Part shown: positions 1-7,735 of the stretch, one piece after another
Layout: every line of letters starts with the position of its first letter
Position numbering within the stretch: the first letter of the stretch is position 1
DNA from: Pseudothioglobus sp. nBUS_23
GTDB taxonomy: Bacteria; Pseudomonadota; Gammaproteobacteria; PS1; Pseudothioglobaceae
Assembly: GCF_051201565.1 (NCBI RefSeq)
Contig: NZ_CP179200.1
Span: forward strand, 1,020,001 to 1,052,000
DNA length: 32,000 nucleotides
Reading direction: 5' to 3'
Translations under genes and position numbers: made by a program
Notes under the pieces: model-generated
Seen by the model: only the letters and a program-made list of their open reading frames with translations
What the model was told of the DNA's origin: nothing
Database searches by the model: none

Positions 1-424
1 GATCTAATCTTGAGCCTTGCTCTATGTTGTGCCTTATTTCGTCTCTAGAGTGTGCCCTATAAAGGCAAATACGCTTATCATCCTCTTCAACAAAAAATGA
101 GGATGTTTCTCCAGATACATCTCTAATGAAGTCAACAATTGGTCTAATTTGCTCAAGATGATTACTTTGGGTATATATTGCACTTAAATATAAAGCTTGA
201 GTTCCAACTACATAGTTTTTATTTTTCAGACGGGAAACATAGCCATAATCTTCAAGAGTAGAAAGAATACGATATGCAGTTGAAACGTTAAAGTTTAATT
301 GTTCACAAATTTCTTTAATTGAAAATGAAGACTTATCTAACGAAAACATCGAAAGAATCTGTAGGCACTTTTCAATTGCATTATATTTTTTATCTATAGA
401 TCTGGGTTTCATCTTTTTTTTCAT
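1..424 (-). CDS. iclR: IclR-family transcriptional regulator, N-terminal ~141 aa only (the gene runs off the left window edge)
   Basis: This ORF is absent from the track because it is truncated. My own reverse-complement translation from the ATG at 424-422 gives MKKKMKPRSIDKKYNAIEKCLQILSMFSLDKSSFSIKEICEQLNFNVSTAYRILSTLEDYGYVSRLKNKNYVVGTQALYLSAIYTQSNHLEQIRPIVDFIRDVSGETSSFFVEEDDKRICLYRAHSRDEIRHNIEQGSRLD. It has an IclR-type winged HTH (STAYRIL.TLE..GYV). It is divergent from aceA, as in classical glyoxylate-shunt regulons. Confidence 0.75.
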   Translation of the reverse strand, partial: MKKKMKPRSIDKKYNAIEKCLQILSMFSLDKSSFSIKEICEQLNFNVSTAYRILSTLEDYGYVSRLKNKNYVVGTQALYLSAIYTQSNHLEQIRPIVDFIRDVSGETSSFFVEEDDKRICLYRAHSRDEIRHNIEQGSRLD

Positions 425-587
425 ATTATGAAATTTTAATATTATATAGTGAAATAAATAAATTATCTTAAAACAACATCGGTATTATTCAAATCAGTCA
501 ATTAAGTTGTTTTTTCAAGAAGTTAGATTAAACATTATAAGCCTTGTTGCTTTCAAAAAACTGACCTAGGTATCAAAAAGTTAAGTT

Positions 588-605
588 CTTAAATTTTGAT
601 TTAAG
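588..605. promoter_or_regulatory. Candidate operator palindrome in the iclR/aceA divergent region
   Basis: The sequence is CTTAAAT-TTTG-ATTTAAG, with perfect 7-bp inverted arms, 32-49 nt upstream of the aceA ATG. It overlaps a second small palindrome, TTAAG-TT-CTTAA (581-592). The AT-rich background makes a chance occurrence plausible. Confidence 0.25.
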
Positions 606-636
606 ATTACAAAAAAATGAAAAAAGGAGAAAAAAT

Positions 637-1944
637 ATGAACAGAAGTGATCAAATTAAAGCGCTTGAAAAAGATTGGAAAGTTAACCCTAGATGGGATA
701 ACGTAAAAAGACCTTATTCTGCTGAAGACGTTGTAAGGCTCAGAGGTTCAGTTCAACCAGAGTGTACTTATGCTAGACGAGGCGCTGAAAAGCTTTGGGA
801 CTTAGTAAATGGCTCTTCCAAAAAAGGTTATGTCAATTGCATGGGTGCCATTACAGCAGGTCAAGCAATGCAGCAAGCCAAAGCAGGCATTGAGGCCATA
901 TATCTATCTGGCTGGCAAGTAGCAGCAGACGGAAACACTTCAGAGACAATGTACCCAGATCAGTCACTTTATGCTTATGACTCCGTACCAACTATGGTTA
1001 GAAGAATTAATAATACATTTAAGAGAGCAGATGAAATTCAATGGTCCCAAGGAATAAATCCTGACGATGATAAATATATTGACTTTTTTCTTCCTATTGT
1101 TGCTGATGCTGAAGCCGGTTTTGGCGGCGTTCTAAATTCTTTTGAACTGATGAAGAATATGATAACGAATGGTGCAGCTGGAGCTCACTTTGAGGATCAG
1201 CTTGCAGCAGTTAAGAAATGTGGTCATATGGGAGGAAAAGTATTAGTACCAACCCAGGAAGCAGTTCAAAAACTAATCTCAGCTCGATTGGCATCAGATG
1301 TCATGGGAGTTCCAACACTATTATTAGCTAGAACAGATGCAGAAGCAGCAAATCTACTTACGTCTGACGTAGATCCTCATGATGCTCCGTTCATAACTGG
1401 TGAGAGAACTGCTGAAGGGTTTTATGTAGTAAAAAATGGCCTAGAACAATCAATTTCAAGAGGAGTTGCCTATGCACCTTATGCTGATTTAGTTTGGTGC
1501 GAGACTGGTAAGCCAGATCTTGGCTTTGCTCGTGAGTTTGCGGAAGCAGTTTTGGCTGAGAACCCAGGACAATTATTAGCTTATAACTGCTCTCCATCAT
1601 TTAACTGGAAGAAGAATCTTAATGACAGTGAAATTGCATCATTTCAGGAGAAAATTTCAGAGATGGGGTACAAGTATCAATTTATCACTTTAGCTGGTAT
1701 CCACAATATGTGGTATAACATGTTTGATCTTGCATACGAGTATGCTAAAGGCGAGGGCATGAAACACTACGTAGAGAAAGTTCAAGAGCCTGAGTTTAAT
1801 GCTGCAAAGAAAGGTTATACATTTGCCTCTCATCAGCAAGAAGTGGGTGCAGGTTACTTTGATGATGTTACAACCGTTATACAAGGTGGTGAATCATCGG
1901 TAACTGCTTTAAAGGGCTCGACTGAAGAAGAGCAATTTAGTTAA
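637..1944 (+). CDS. aceA: Isocitrate lyase
   Basis: The 435-aa ORF carries the isocitrate lyase signature KKCGHMGGK and is collinear with enterobacterial AceA. An AGGAG Shine-Dalgarno sequence lies about 7 nt upstream of the ATG. Confidence 0.97.
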   Translation: MNRSDQIKALEKDWKVNPRWDNVKRPYSAEDVVRLRGSVQPECTYARRGAEKLWDLVNGSSKKGYVNCMGAITAGQAMQQAKAGIEAIYLSGWQVAADGNTSETMYPDQSLYAYDSVPTMVRRINNTFKRADEIQWSQGINPDDDKYIDFFLPIVADAEAGFGGVLNSFELMKNMITNGAAGAHFEDQLAAVKKCGHMGGKVLVPTQEAVQKLISARLASDVMGVPTLLLARTDAEAANLLTSDVDPHDAPFITGERTAEGFYVVKNGLEQSISRGVAYAPYADLVWCETGKPDLGFAREFAEAVLAENPGQLLAYNCSPSFNWKKNLNDSEIASFQEKISEMGYKYQFITLAGIHNMWYNMFDLAYEYAKGEGMKHYVEKVQEPEFNAAKKGYTFASHQQEVGAGYFDDVTTVIQGGESSVTALKGSTEEEQFS

Positions 1945-1966
1945 AGCCAAAACTGATTTAAAGAAC

Positions 1967-1996
1967 GCCCTTCTTTTTTGAGGGGCTTTCTAATTT
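1967..1996 (+). terminator. Stem-loop with a T-rich tail in the 63-nt aceA-aceK spacer (candidate partial terminator or attenuator)
   Basis: GCCCTTC (1967-1973), a TTTTTT loop, then GAGGGGC (1980-1986) form a 7-bp stem with one G-U pair. The stem is followed by TTTCTAATTT. Confidence 0.5.
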
Positions 1997-2007
1997 AAAT
2001 AGAATTT

Positions 2008-3801
2008 ATGCCTAGCAGTTCTTCTCAAAAAATCTCTTTATCGATTGCAAAAAAGATTTTGATGGGATTTGAACGTCACTATCAAAACATAAAAAGTGCT
2101 TCAATAGAAGCAAAAAGGTGCTTTGAAGAAAGAGAATGGGAAAAGATTGAAAAAGATTCAAAACTAAGACTTAATTTTTATGATGAACAAGTTGATGATT
2201 TTTGTAAGAAACTTTCCCTAGAACTTAAAAAACAAACCCTCTATGGAGCTAAAGAAGAATTCAATGACACAAAGAGTAGCGACAAATTTAATTCAGATTT
2301 CTGGAAAAATACTAAAAACGTATATACTGAGCTCATCACATCACACAAACAGCCGGAGTTAGCAGAGACTTTTTATAACTCAGTTTTTTGTAGAATATTC
2401 TCGAGAAGTTTTTATAACAATCAATATATTTTTACTAAACCTTGTGTTTCTCTTAATTACATTGATATGGATGAGCCTGTCATAGACAGCTATTTTGTTG
2501 ACAATGAACAGCTTCATGACACATTTGCATCCATTCTTAAGAATTATCAGTTCAAATGTGAATTTGGTAACTTTGATCAAGATATCGACAGGCTGCAGGA
2601 GCAACTATACAGACAAGTACCAAGGCTCAGCTCTGAGGTATTTGAGATGCAATTTATAAGCACACCCTTTATTAGAGGGACATGTGCTTATATTGTTGGG
2701 AAAATTGTCACTCAACTTCACCCCGATATTCCAGTTCTCATAGCGCTATTGAATGATCAAGAAAAAGGATTGTATGTTGACAGTCTCCTGACTGATGTCG
2801 GTGCAATTTCAATTGTTTTCAGTTTTTCTAGGTCATACTTTTTTATTACTACAGACTATCCTTCAGCCATTGTTGAATATTTGAAAGAGCTTTTACCAGG
2901 AAAAACAAGGGCCGTTCTTTACAGTGCAATTGGACTTCATAAACAAGGAAAAACTCTTCTTTATCGACATTTTTTAAAATATTCTAAAATTACTAGCGAA
3001 AAACTCATAATCGCACCTGGTATTAAAGGTATGGTTATGTCAGTGTTTACTTTTCCAATGTACCCATATGTTTTCAAAGTCATTAATGATAAGTTTGCCC
3101 CCCCAAAAATGGGAACAAAAGACATGGTTAAGGATAGATATTATTTTGTCAAAAATCATGTCAGAATTGGAAGATTAGCAGATACCTGGGAGTTTTCTAA
3201 TGTTGCCTTTCCACTGAAAGATATAGATGATACTTTATTGCAAGAATTAAAAAATAAAGCTGGTTCAAACATTGAAATTGAAGATGATCTGCTAATCATA
3301 AAACATATGTACATTGAAAACAAAATGACGCCATTAAATATGTATCTTGAAACAGCAAATAAGAAACAACAGAACCATATCATTAATGACTATGGAAAAG
3401 CAATTGATGAGCTTATAAACTCAAATATCTTTCCTGGCGACATGTTAACCAAAAACTTTGGTGTCACTCGCCAAAACCGAGTTGTTTTTTATGACTATGA
3501 TGAAATCACTTTGATGAGTACGCCAATCTTCAAAAAAATACCGAAGGCAAAAACATACGAACAGGAGATGGCATCAGAGCCATGGTATTACGTGGGACAA
3601 AACGATGTTTTTCCAGAAGAATTTAAATACTTTATGCTACCAAACCCCTACATGAAAGAGGTTTTTAATAAAAAGTATAAAAAGCTTTTGGATGCAGATT
3701 ACTGGGTATCTGTCCAAGAAAAAATAAAAGAAAATGGGGTTATGGATTACTATCCGTATGGACTTGAAATGCGTATGTGCAATATCTACAATGAAAAATA
3801 A
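2008..3801 (+). CDS. aceK: Isocitrate dehydrogenase kinase/phosphatase
   Basis: The 597-aa ORF shows long collinear matches to E. coli AceK as I recall it: IFPGDML.KNFGVTR..RVVFYDYDEI, ASEPWY.V...DVFPEEF, APGI.GMVM.VFT.P and VFKVI.D.FAP.K. Confidence 0.95.
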   Translation: MPSSSSQKISLSIAKKILMGFERHYQNIKSASIEAKRCFEEREWEKIEKDSKLRLNFYDEQVDDFCKKLSLELKKQTLYGAKEEFNDTKSSDKFNSDFWKNTKNVYTELITSHKQPELAETFYNSVFCRIFSRSFYNNQYIFTKPCVSLNYIDMDEPVIDSYFVDNEQLHDTFASILKNYQFKCEFGNFDQDIDRLQEQLYRQVPRLSSEVFEMQFISTPFIRGTCAYIVGKIVTQLHPDIPVLIALLNDQEKGLYVDSLLTDVGAISIVFSFSRSYFFITTDYPSAIVEYLKELLPGKTRAVLYSAIGLHKQGKTLLYRHFLKYSKITSEKLIIAPGIKGMVMSVFTFPMYPYVFKVINDKFAPPKMGTKDMVKDRYYFVKNHVRIGRLADTWEFSNVAFPLKDIDDTLLQELKNKAGSNIEIEDDLLIIKHMYIENKMTPLNMYLETANKKQQNHIINDYGKAIDELINSNIFPGDMLTKNFGVTRQNRVVFYDYDEITLMSTPIFKKIPKAKTYEQEMASEPWYYVGQNDVFPEEFKYFMLPNPYMKEVFNKKYKKLLDADYWVSVQEKIKENGVMDYYPYGLEMRMCNIYNEK

Positions 3802-4279
3802 TATGAAGTCAACCTGTGATATTTCTGATGAAATGCATCCAAAAGTTCAATATTTGAACCCAGTTTTTCAGAGTTTTGGTAAAAAAAATAGCTTCTCTGG
3901 TCGAATAGTTACAATCAAATGTTATGAGGATAACTCACTTGTAGAGGAAGCTTTAAAAACTGATGGGAGTGAATGTGTTCTGGTTATTGATGCAGGGGCA
4001 TCTTTAAAGTGCGCAATGATGGGAGATAAAAGAGCCTCAGATGCAATAAAGAATAACTGGGAAGGAATTATTATTAATGGGCCAATTAGAGACTCAGCAG
4101 AAATCAATTCTATGAATATTGGTATTCGTGCTCTTGGAACATGCCCTAGAAAAAGTATTAAAAAAGGAGCTGGAAAAAGAGATATAGATGTAACTTTTTC
4201 AAATGTAAAATTCATCTCTGGAAACTATCTTTATGCTGACGAAGATGGGGTTATTGTATTGGAACATAAGGCAGATTAA
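3791..4279 (+). CDS. RraA-family protein (RNase E regulator / HMG-CHA aldolase / oxaloacetate decarboxylase family)
   Basis: The protein is collinear with E. coli RraA: VFQSFGKK.SFSGRIVTIKCYEDNSL, VLVIDAG.S...A..GD, NWEGIIINGPIRD, IGI.ALG, and NVKFISGNYLYADEDGVIV. The track start at 3734 lies inside aceK. ATG 3791 overlaps aceK by 11 nt. ATG 3803 (MKSTCDIS...) aligns better with the RraA N-terminus. The stop TAA shares one base with the glcB ATG (TAATG). Confidence 0.85.
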   Translation: MKNNMKSTCDISDEMHPKVQYLNPVFQSFGKKNSFSGRIVTIKCYEDNSLVEEALKTDGSECVLVIDAGASLKCAMMGDKRASDAIKNNWEGIIINGPIRDSAEINSMNIGIRALGTCPRKSIKKGAGKRDIDVTFSNVKFISGNYLYADEDGVIVLEHKAD

Positions 4280-6429
4280 TGAGTACTGAACATCAAGTAA
4301 TTAATGACATAAAGGTTAACAATAAATTTTATGATTTTATTGATCAAGAGGTTTGTGATGGGCTGGACATTTCTGCTACAGAATTCTTCCAATCATTATC
4401 GAACATTCTAGCTAAATACCAAGATGAAAATAAGATTCTTTTGGAGAAGAGAAGTGAGCTGCAAGCAAAGATTAATGACTGGCATCGGAACAATAAAAGG
4501 ATTGACCAAAAAAAATACAAAGGCTTTCTTGAAGACATAGGCTATATTACCTCAAATCCTGGTGAATTCAATATTGATGTTGAAGAGGTTGATGATGAGA
4601 TTTCAAAGGTTTCAGGACCTCAGCTTGTTGTTCCTATAACTAACCAAAGATTTGTATTAAATGCAGTTAATGCAAGATGGGGTAGTCTTTTTGACTGTCT
4701 GTATGGAACCAACGTAATTCCTAATAGGGGCAGTATGACAACCTCTTTTGCGCATAACCTCCAGCGTGTAAACCGAACTGCAGAACTTGCATGTGAATTT
4801 CTTGATGAAATAGCACCTCTTAAAGGCGCCTCATATAGACAAATTACTTCCCAAGTGAAGTACTCTGGGACTTTAATTTTTAATCTTGATGATGGTGAGC
4901 TAGCAACCTTAATCGATCCTGATCAGTACATTGGTCTTACTGAAAGTGGAAACATATTACTCAAGAATAACAATCTCCATCTGGAGATAGTTTGTGACCA
5001 AGAGAGAAGTCTTCACAAAAGTGGAATTTTTGATGTCATTCTTGAGTCTGCTGTCACAACGATTGTTGATTTTGAGGATTCTGCCGCGACTGTTTCTGAT
5101 GAGGAGAAAATCCATGGCTACAGGAATTATTTAGGTCTTATGAAGCGTGATTTAAACTCAACTTTCACAAAAAATGGACATACAATCAGTAGATCACTAA
5201 ATAAAGACAAAAAGTATATTGATACAAATGGTGAAGAACATACTCTTCCTGGAACTAGCTTAACTCTTGTTCGCAACGTTGGAATACATATGAGAACAAG
5301 AATGGTTAGAAATCTTGACAACTCATCTATACCTGAAGGCATTATGGATGCAATGGTTACCTCACTGATTGCACTTCATGACTTGAAACTCAAGATAAAC
5401 TCAAAAAAAGGAAGTGTTTACATTGTAAAACCAAAGCTTCATGGTCCAGATGAGGTCAAATTTACAATAGATTTATTTGAATCAGTCGAAAACGCGCTTT
5501 CAATCAAAAAGAACACTCTGAAGATTGGAATTATGGATGAAGAGAGAAGAACTACTCTAAATCTAAAAGCTTGTATTTATGAAGCAAGAAGTCGGTGTAT
5601 TTTTATTAATACTGGCTTCCTTGACAGAACTGGTGATGAAATTCATACATCGATGATGGCCGGAGCAATGCGTTGTAAAAACCTTATTAAGGAAGAGGAC
5701 TGGTTTTCTGCTTATGAGGAAAACAATGTCAGTGTTGGACTGGAATGCGGACTTTACAAGAAAGCCCAGATTGGCAAAGGAATGTGGGCACAACCCGACC
5801 AAATGAGAGAGATGCTAGATAACAAGATGGTGCATCTAGAGGCTGGTGCAAGCTGCTCTTGGGTACCCTCTCCAACTGCAGCAACTTTACATGCCACTCA
5901 TTATCATCGATTTGATGTTATGAGTCAGCAACAAAAAATATTATCTAAAAACCAAAAGCCTAATCAAGATGACCTGCTTGTAATTCCTTTTTTGAAACTA
6001 GCCGATCAATTGTCTGAGGAAAAAATTATTAATGAAATAAATAACAATGCTCAAAGTATTTTGGGTTACGTTGTTAGATGGATTAACCATGGAGTTGGTT
6101 GCTCTAAAGTTCAAGATATAAACCATGTTGGACTCATGGAAGACAGAGCAACATTAAGAATTTCCTCGCAGCATATGGCTAACTGGTTGCACCACGAGAT
6201 CTGTTCTGAGAAGCAAGTCATTCAAGCCTTTAAAGAAATGGCTCTTATAGTGGATCAACAAAATAAGCATGACCCTAACTATATTCCAATGGCTCCTAAA
6301 TACGATTGCTACGCATTTAAAGCCTCTACAGCTCTAGTATTTGAAGGGACAGACCAGGCAAATGGTTACACTGAAGACATTCTCATCAAATACCGACGAA
6401 AATTTCTTGAGGCTAATCAAATTACTTAG
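4279..6429 (+). CDS. glcB: Malate synthase G
   Basis: The 716-aa ORF is collinear with E. coli GlcB: GPQLVVP..N.R..LNA.NARWGSL.D.LYG, SVYIVKPK.HGP.EV, MDEERRT.LNL, FINTGFLDRTGDE.H, AQIGKGMWA.PD, VPSPTAATLHA.HYH and MEDRATLRISSQH.ANWL.H. Confidence 0.96.
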   Translation: MSTEHQVINDIKVNNKFYDFIDQEVCDGLDISATEFFQSLSNILAKYQDENKILLEKRSELQAKINDWHRNNKRIDQKKYKGFLEDIGYITSNPGEFNIDVEEVDDEISKVSGPQLVVPITNQRFVLNAVNARWGSLFDCLYGTNVIPNRGSMTTSFAHNLQRVNRTAELACEFLDEIAPLKGASYRQITSQVKYSGTLIFNLDDGELATLIDPDQYIGLTESGNILLKNNNLHLEIVCDQERSLHKSGIFDVILESAVTTIVDFEDSAATVSDEEKIHGYRNYLGLMKRDLNSTFTKNGHTISRSLNKDKKYIDTNGEEHTLPGTSLTLVRNVGIHMRTRMVRNLDNSSIPEGIMDAMVTSLIALHDLKLKINSKKGSVYIVKPKLHGPDEVKFTIDLFESVENALSIKKNTLKIGIMDEERRTTLNLKACIYEARSRCIFINTGFLDRTGDEIHTSMMAGAMRCKNLIKEEDWFSAYEENNVSVGLECGLYKKAQIGKGMWAQPDQMREMLDNKMVHLEAGASCSWVPSPTAATLHATHYHRFDVMSQQQKILSKNQKPNQDDLLVIPFLKLADQLSEEKIINEINNNAQSILGYVVRWINHGVGCSKVQDINHVGLMEDRATLRISSQHMANWLHHEICSEKQVIQAFKEMALIVDQQNKHDPNYIPMAPKYDCYAFKASTALVFEGTDQANGYTEDILIKYRRKFLEANQIT

Positions 6430-6516
6430 ATAAATTGTAAATTTTCTTGATATATGTAATTTCGACCTCCTACAGGTATTTCCTTAAACTAACTATTAAA
6501 ACGCAATAGTTTTGTC

Positions 6517-6551
6517 AGTTGATTTGACCTAAATCAGCTTTGATATTTTCT
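6517..6551 (+). terminator. Weak AT-rich hairpin with a T-rich tail downstream of glcB
   Basis: AGTTGATTT (6517-6525), a GACCT loop, then AAATCAGCT (6531-6539) form a 9-bp stem with one G-U pair. It is followed by TTGATATTTTC. The stem has low GC, so termination would be weak at best. Confidence 0.3.
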
Positions 6552-6685
6552 AAATCCACTCCTTAAAAATTAAGTTATATTAATATTATTGATAAATATT
6601 AAGGGGTTTTTATGAGTCATATTATCTATGAGCTAGTCAAACTGAAGTTACAGCAAAGTGCAATGGCCATTCCGAAGGTTAAAAT

Positions 6686-7105
6686 ATGAAAAAGGTACTA
6701 AAGCTTACACTTGAAGATACAACTAAAATGATGGATAGCGCAATCAATAAAGCAATTGAAATAGGTATAGATATGGATATCGCTATTGTCGATGACGGTG
6801 GTCATCTCATGTTATTTACAAGAATGGATAATGCAAAAATTACAAGCATTAATGTTTCTATTGATAAGGCATTTACCGCTGCAGCAGCTAGAAAAGCAAC
6901 TTTAGATTATGGTAAATCTGTTATCAATCATGGACCAGCATTTGGCATCCAAACTTCACATCAAGGTCGTTTTTGTGTCGTTGGTGGTGGTTTGCCGCTT
7001 TTTGTTGATGGTCAGATTGTTGGCGGGATTGGTTGCAGTTCTGGGAGTGCAGACCAGGATATAGTCGTGGCTCAAGCAGGCATTGACGCATTACTTTCTG
7101 CTTAG
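6686..7105 (+). CDS. glcG: GlcG/DUF336 (HbpS-like, heme-binding) family protein
   Basis: The 139-aa ORF contains AIVDDGGHLMLFTRMD, S..KA.TAA and GGLPLFVDGQIVGGIGCSSGSADQD, which is collinear with E. coli GlcG. Adjacency to glcB mirrors the E. coli glc operon. Confidence 0.85.
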   Translation: MKKVLKLTLEDTTKMMDSAINKAIEIGIDMDIAIVDDGGHLMLFTRMDNAKITSINVSIDKAFTAAAARKATLDYGKSVINHGPAFGIQTSHQGRFCVVGGGLPLFVDGQIVGGIGCSSGSADQDIVVAQAGIDALLSA

Positions 7106-7118
7106 TAAAAAACTACCA

Positions 7119-7670
7119 CTAACCTTTAAATGCATTATCAGAAAGAAGATAATCTAATTCTTCCATAGTGCTCATGCGACCTAAGATTTCATTTCTATGA
7201 GGAAAGCGACCAAATTTTTTAACAAGGTCTCTATGATGCTTTGAAAACTCAAGGTTAAAGTTGTACTTTTCAAAAAGATAGACTTGGAGATTTTGATGGT
7301 CTAAATTTTCACTGTGCATTAATGGCATAAAGAGGAAAAGAAGCATTTCATTATCTAATTCCTCATCAAACCCATTATTTATCGCGTTTAGTGCAACCTC
7401 AATGGCCATACCTTCAGTTGAAAAGCCTTTAGCTTCAGATCTAAACATATTGAGAGGAAACTGATCAAGAATTATGATGAGGGCAACTGAGCCTTCAGCT
7501 GTCTCTCTCCATGAGCCGAAATCACCAGATGAGGCCTGTTCCCAAACTTTCTCAAATCTGGATTTAATCTCTTTGTCTATTGTTGGAGTTGAAGCAAACC
7601 AGAACTGCTTGCTTTTTTCAGAAAACCAATAATCAATTATATCGCTAGGCTTTATTAGATTTTCATTCAT
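7119..7670 (-). CDS. DUF924-family protein of unknown function
   Basis: The motifs are IIDYWF....KQFWF....IDKEI..RF, ALIIILDQFPLNMFR, LFLFMPLMHSE and KHHRDLVKKFGRFPHRNEILGR.ST.EE, which I recognise as the DUF924 pattern. The track start at 7712 is a GTG buried in a hairpin. The ATG at 7670 (MNENLIKPSDII...) is preferred. Confidence 0.8.
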   Translation of the reverse strand: MNENLIKPSDIIDYWFSEKSKQFWFASTPTIDKEIKSRFEKVWEQASSGDFGSWRETAEGSVALIIILDQFPLNMFRSEAKGFSTEGMAIEVALNAINNGFDEELDNEMLLFLFMPLMHSENLDHQNLQVYLFEKYNFNLEFSKHHRDLVKKFGRFPHRNEILGRMSTMEELDYLLSDNAFKG

Positions 7671-7685
7671 AGTTAAGCTATAAGA

Positions 7686-7722
7686 AACCTCTAGAGCAGC
7701 ATAATATACCACTCTAAAGGTT
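7686..7722 (-). other. Stable stem-loop in the xsc-DUF924 spacer (mRNA processing or stability element, or weak terminator)
   Basis: On the minus-strand transcript, AACCTTTAGAG, a 15-nt loop and CTCTAGAGGTT form an 11-bp stem with one G-U pair. Only a weak U-rich tail (UCUUAU) follows. Confidence 0.45.
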
Positions 7723-7735
7723 TAAAAGTTAATAC

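Noticed and set aside
3734-3790. N-terminal extension of the RraA-family ORF given in the ORF track (MGLWITIRMDLKCVCAISTMKNN...).
   Set aside because: It lies entirely inside the conserved C-terminus of aceK in another frame. RraA homology begins only after the ATGs at 3791 and 3803.
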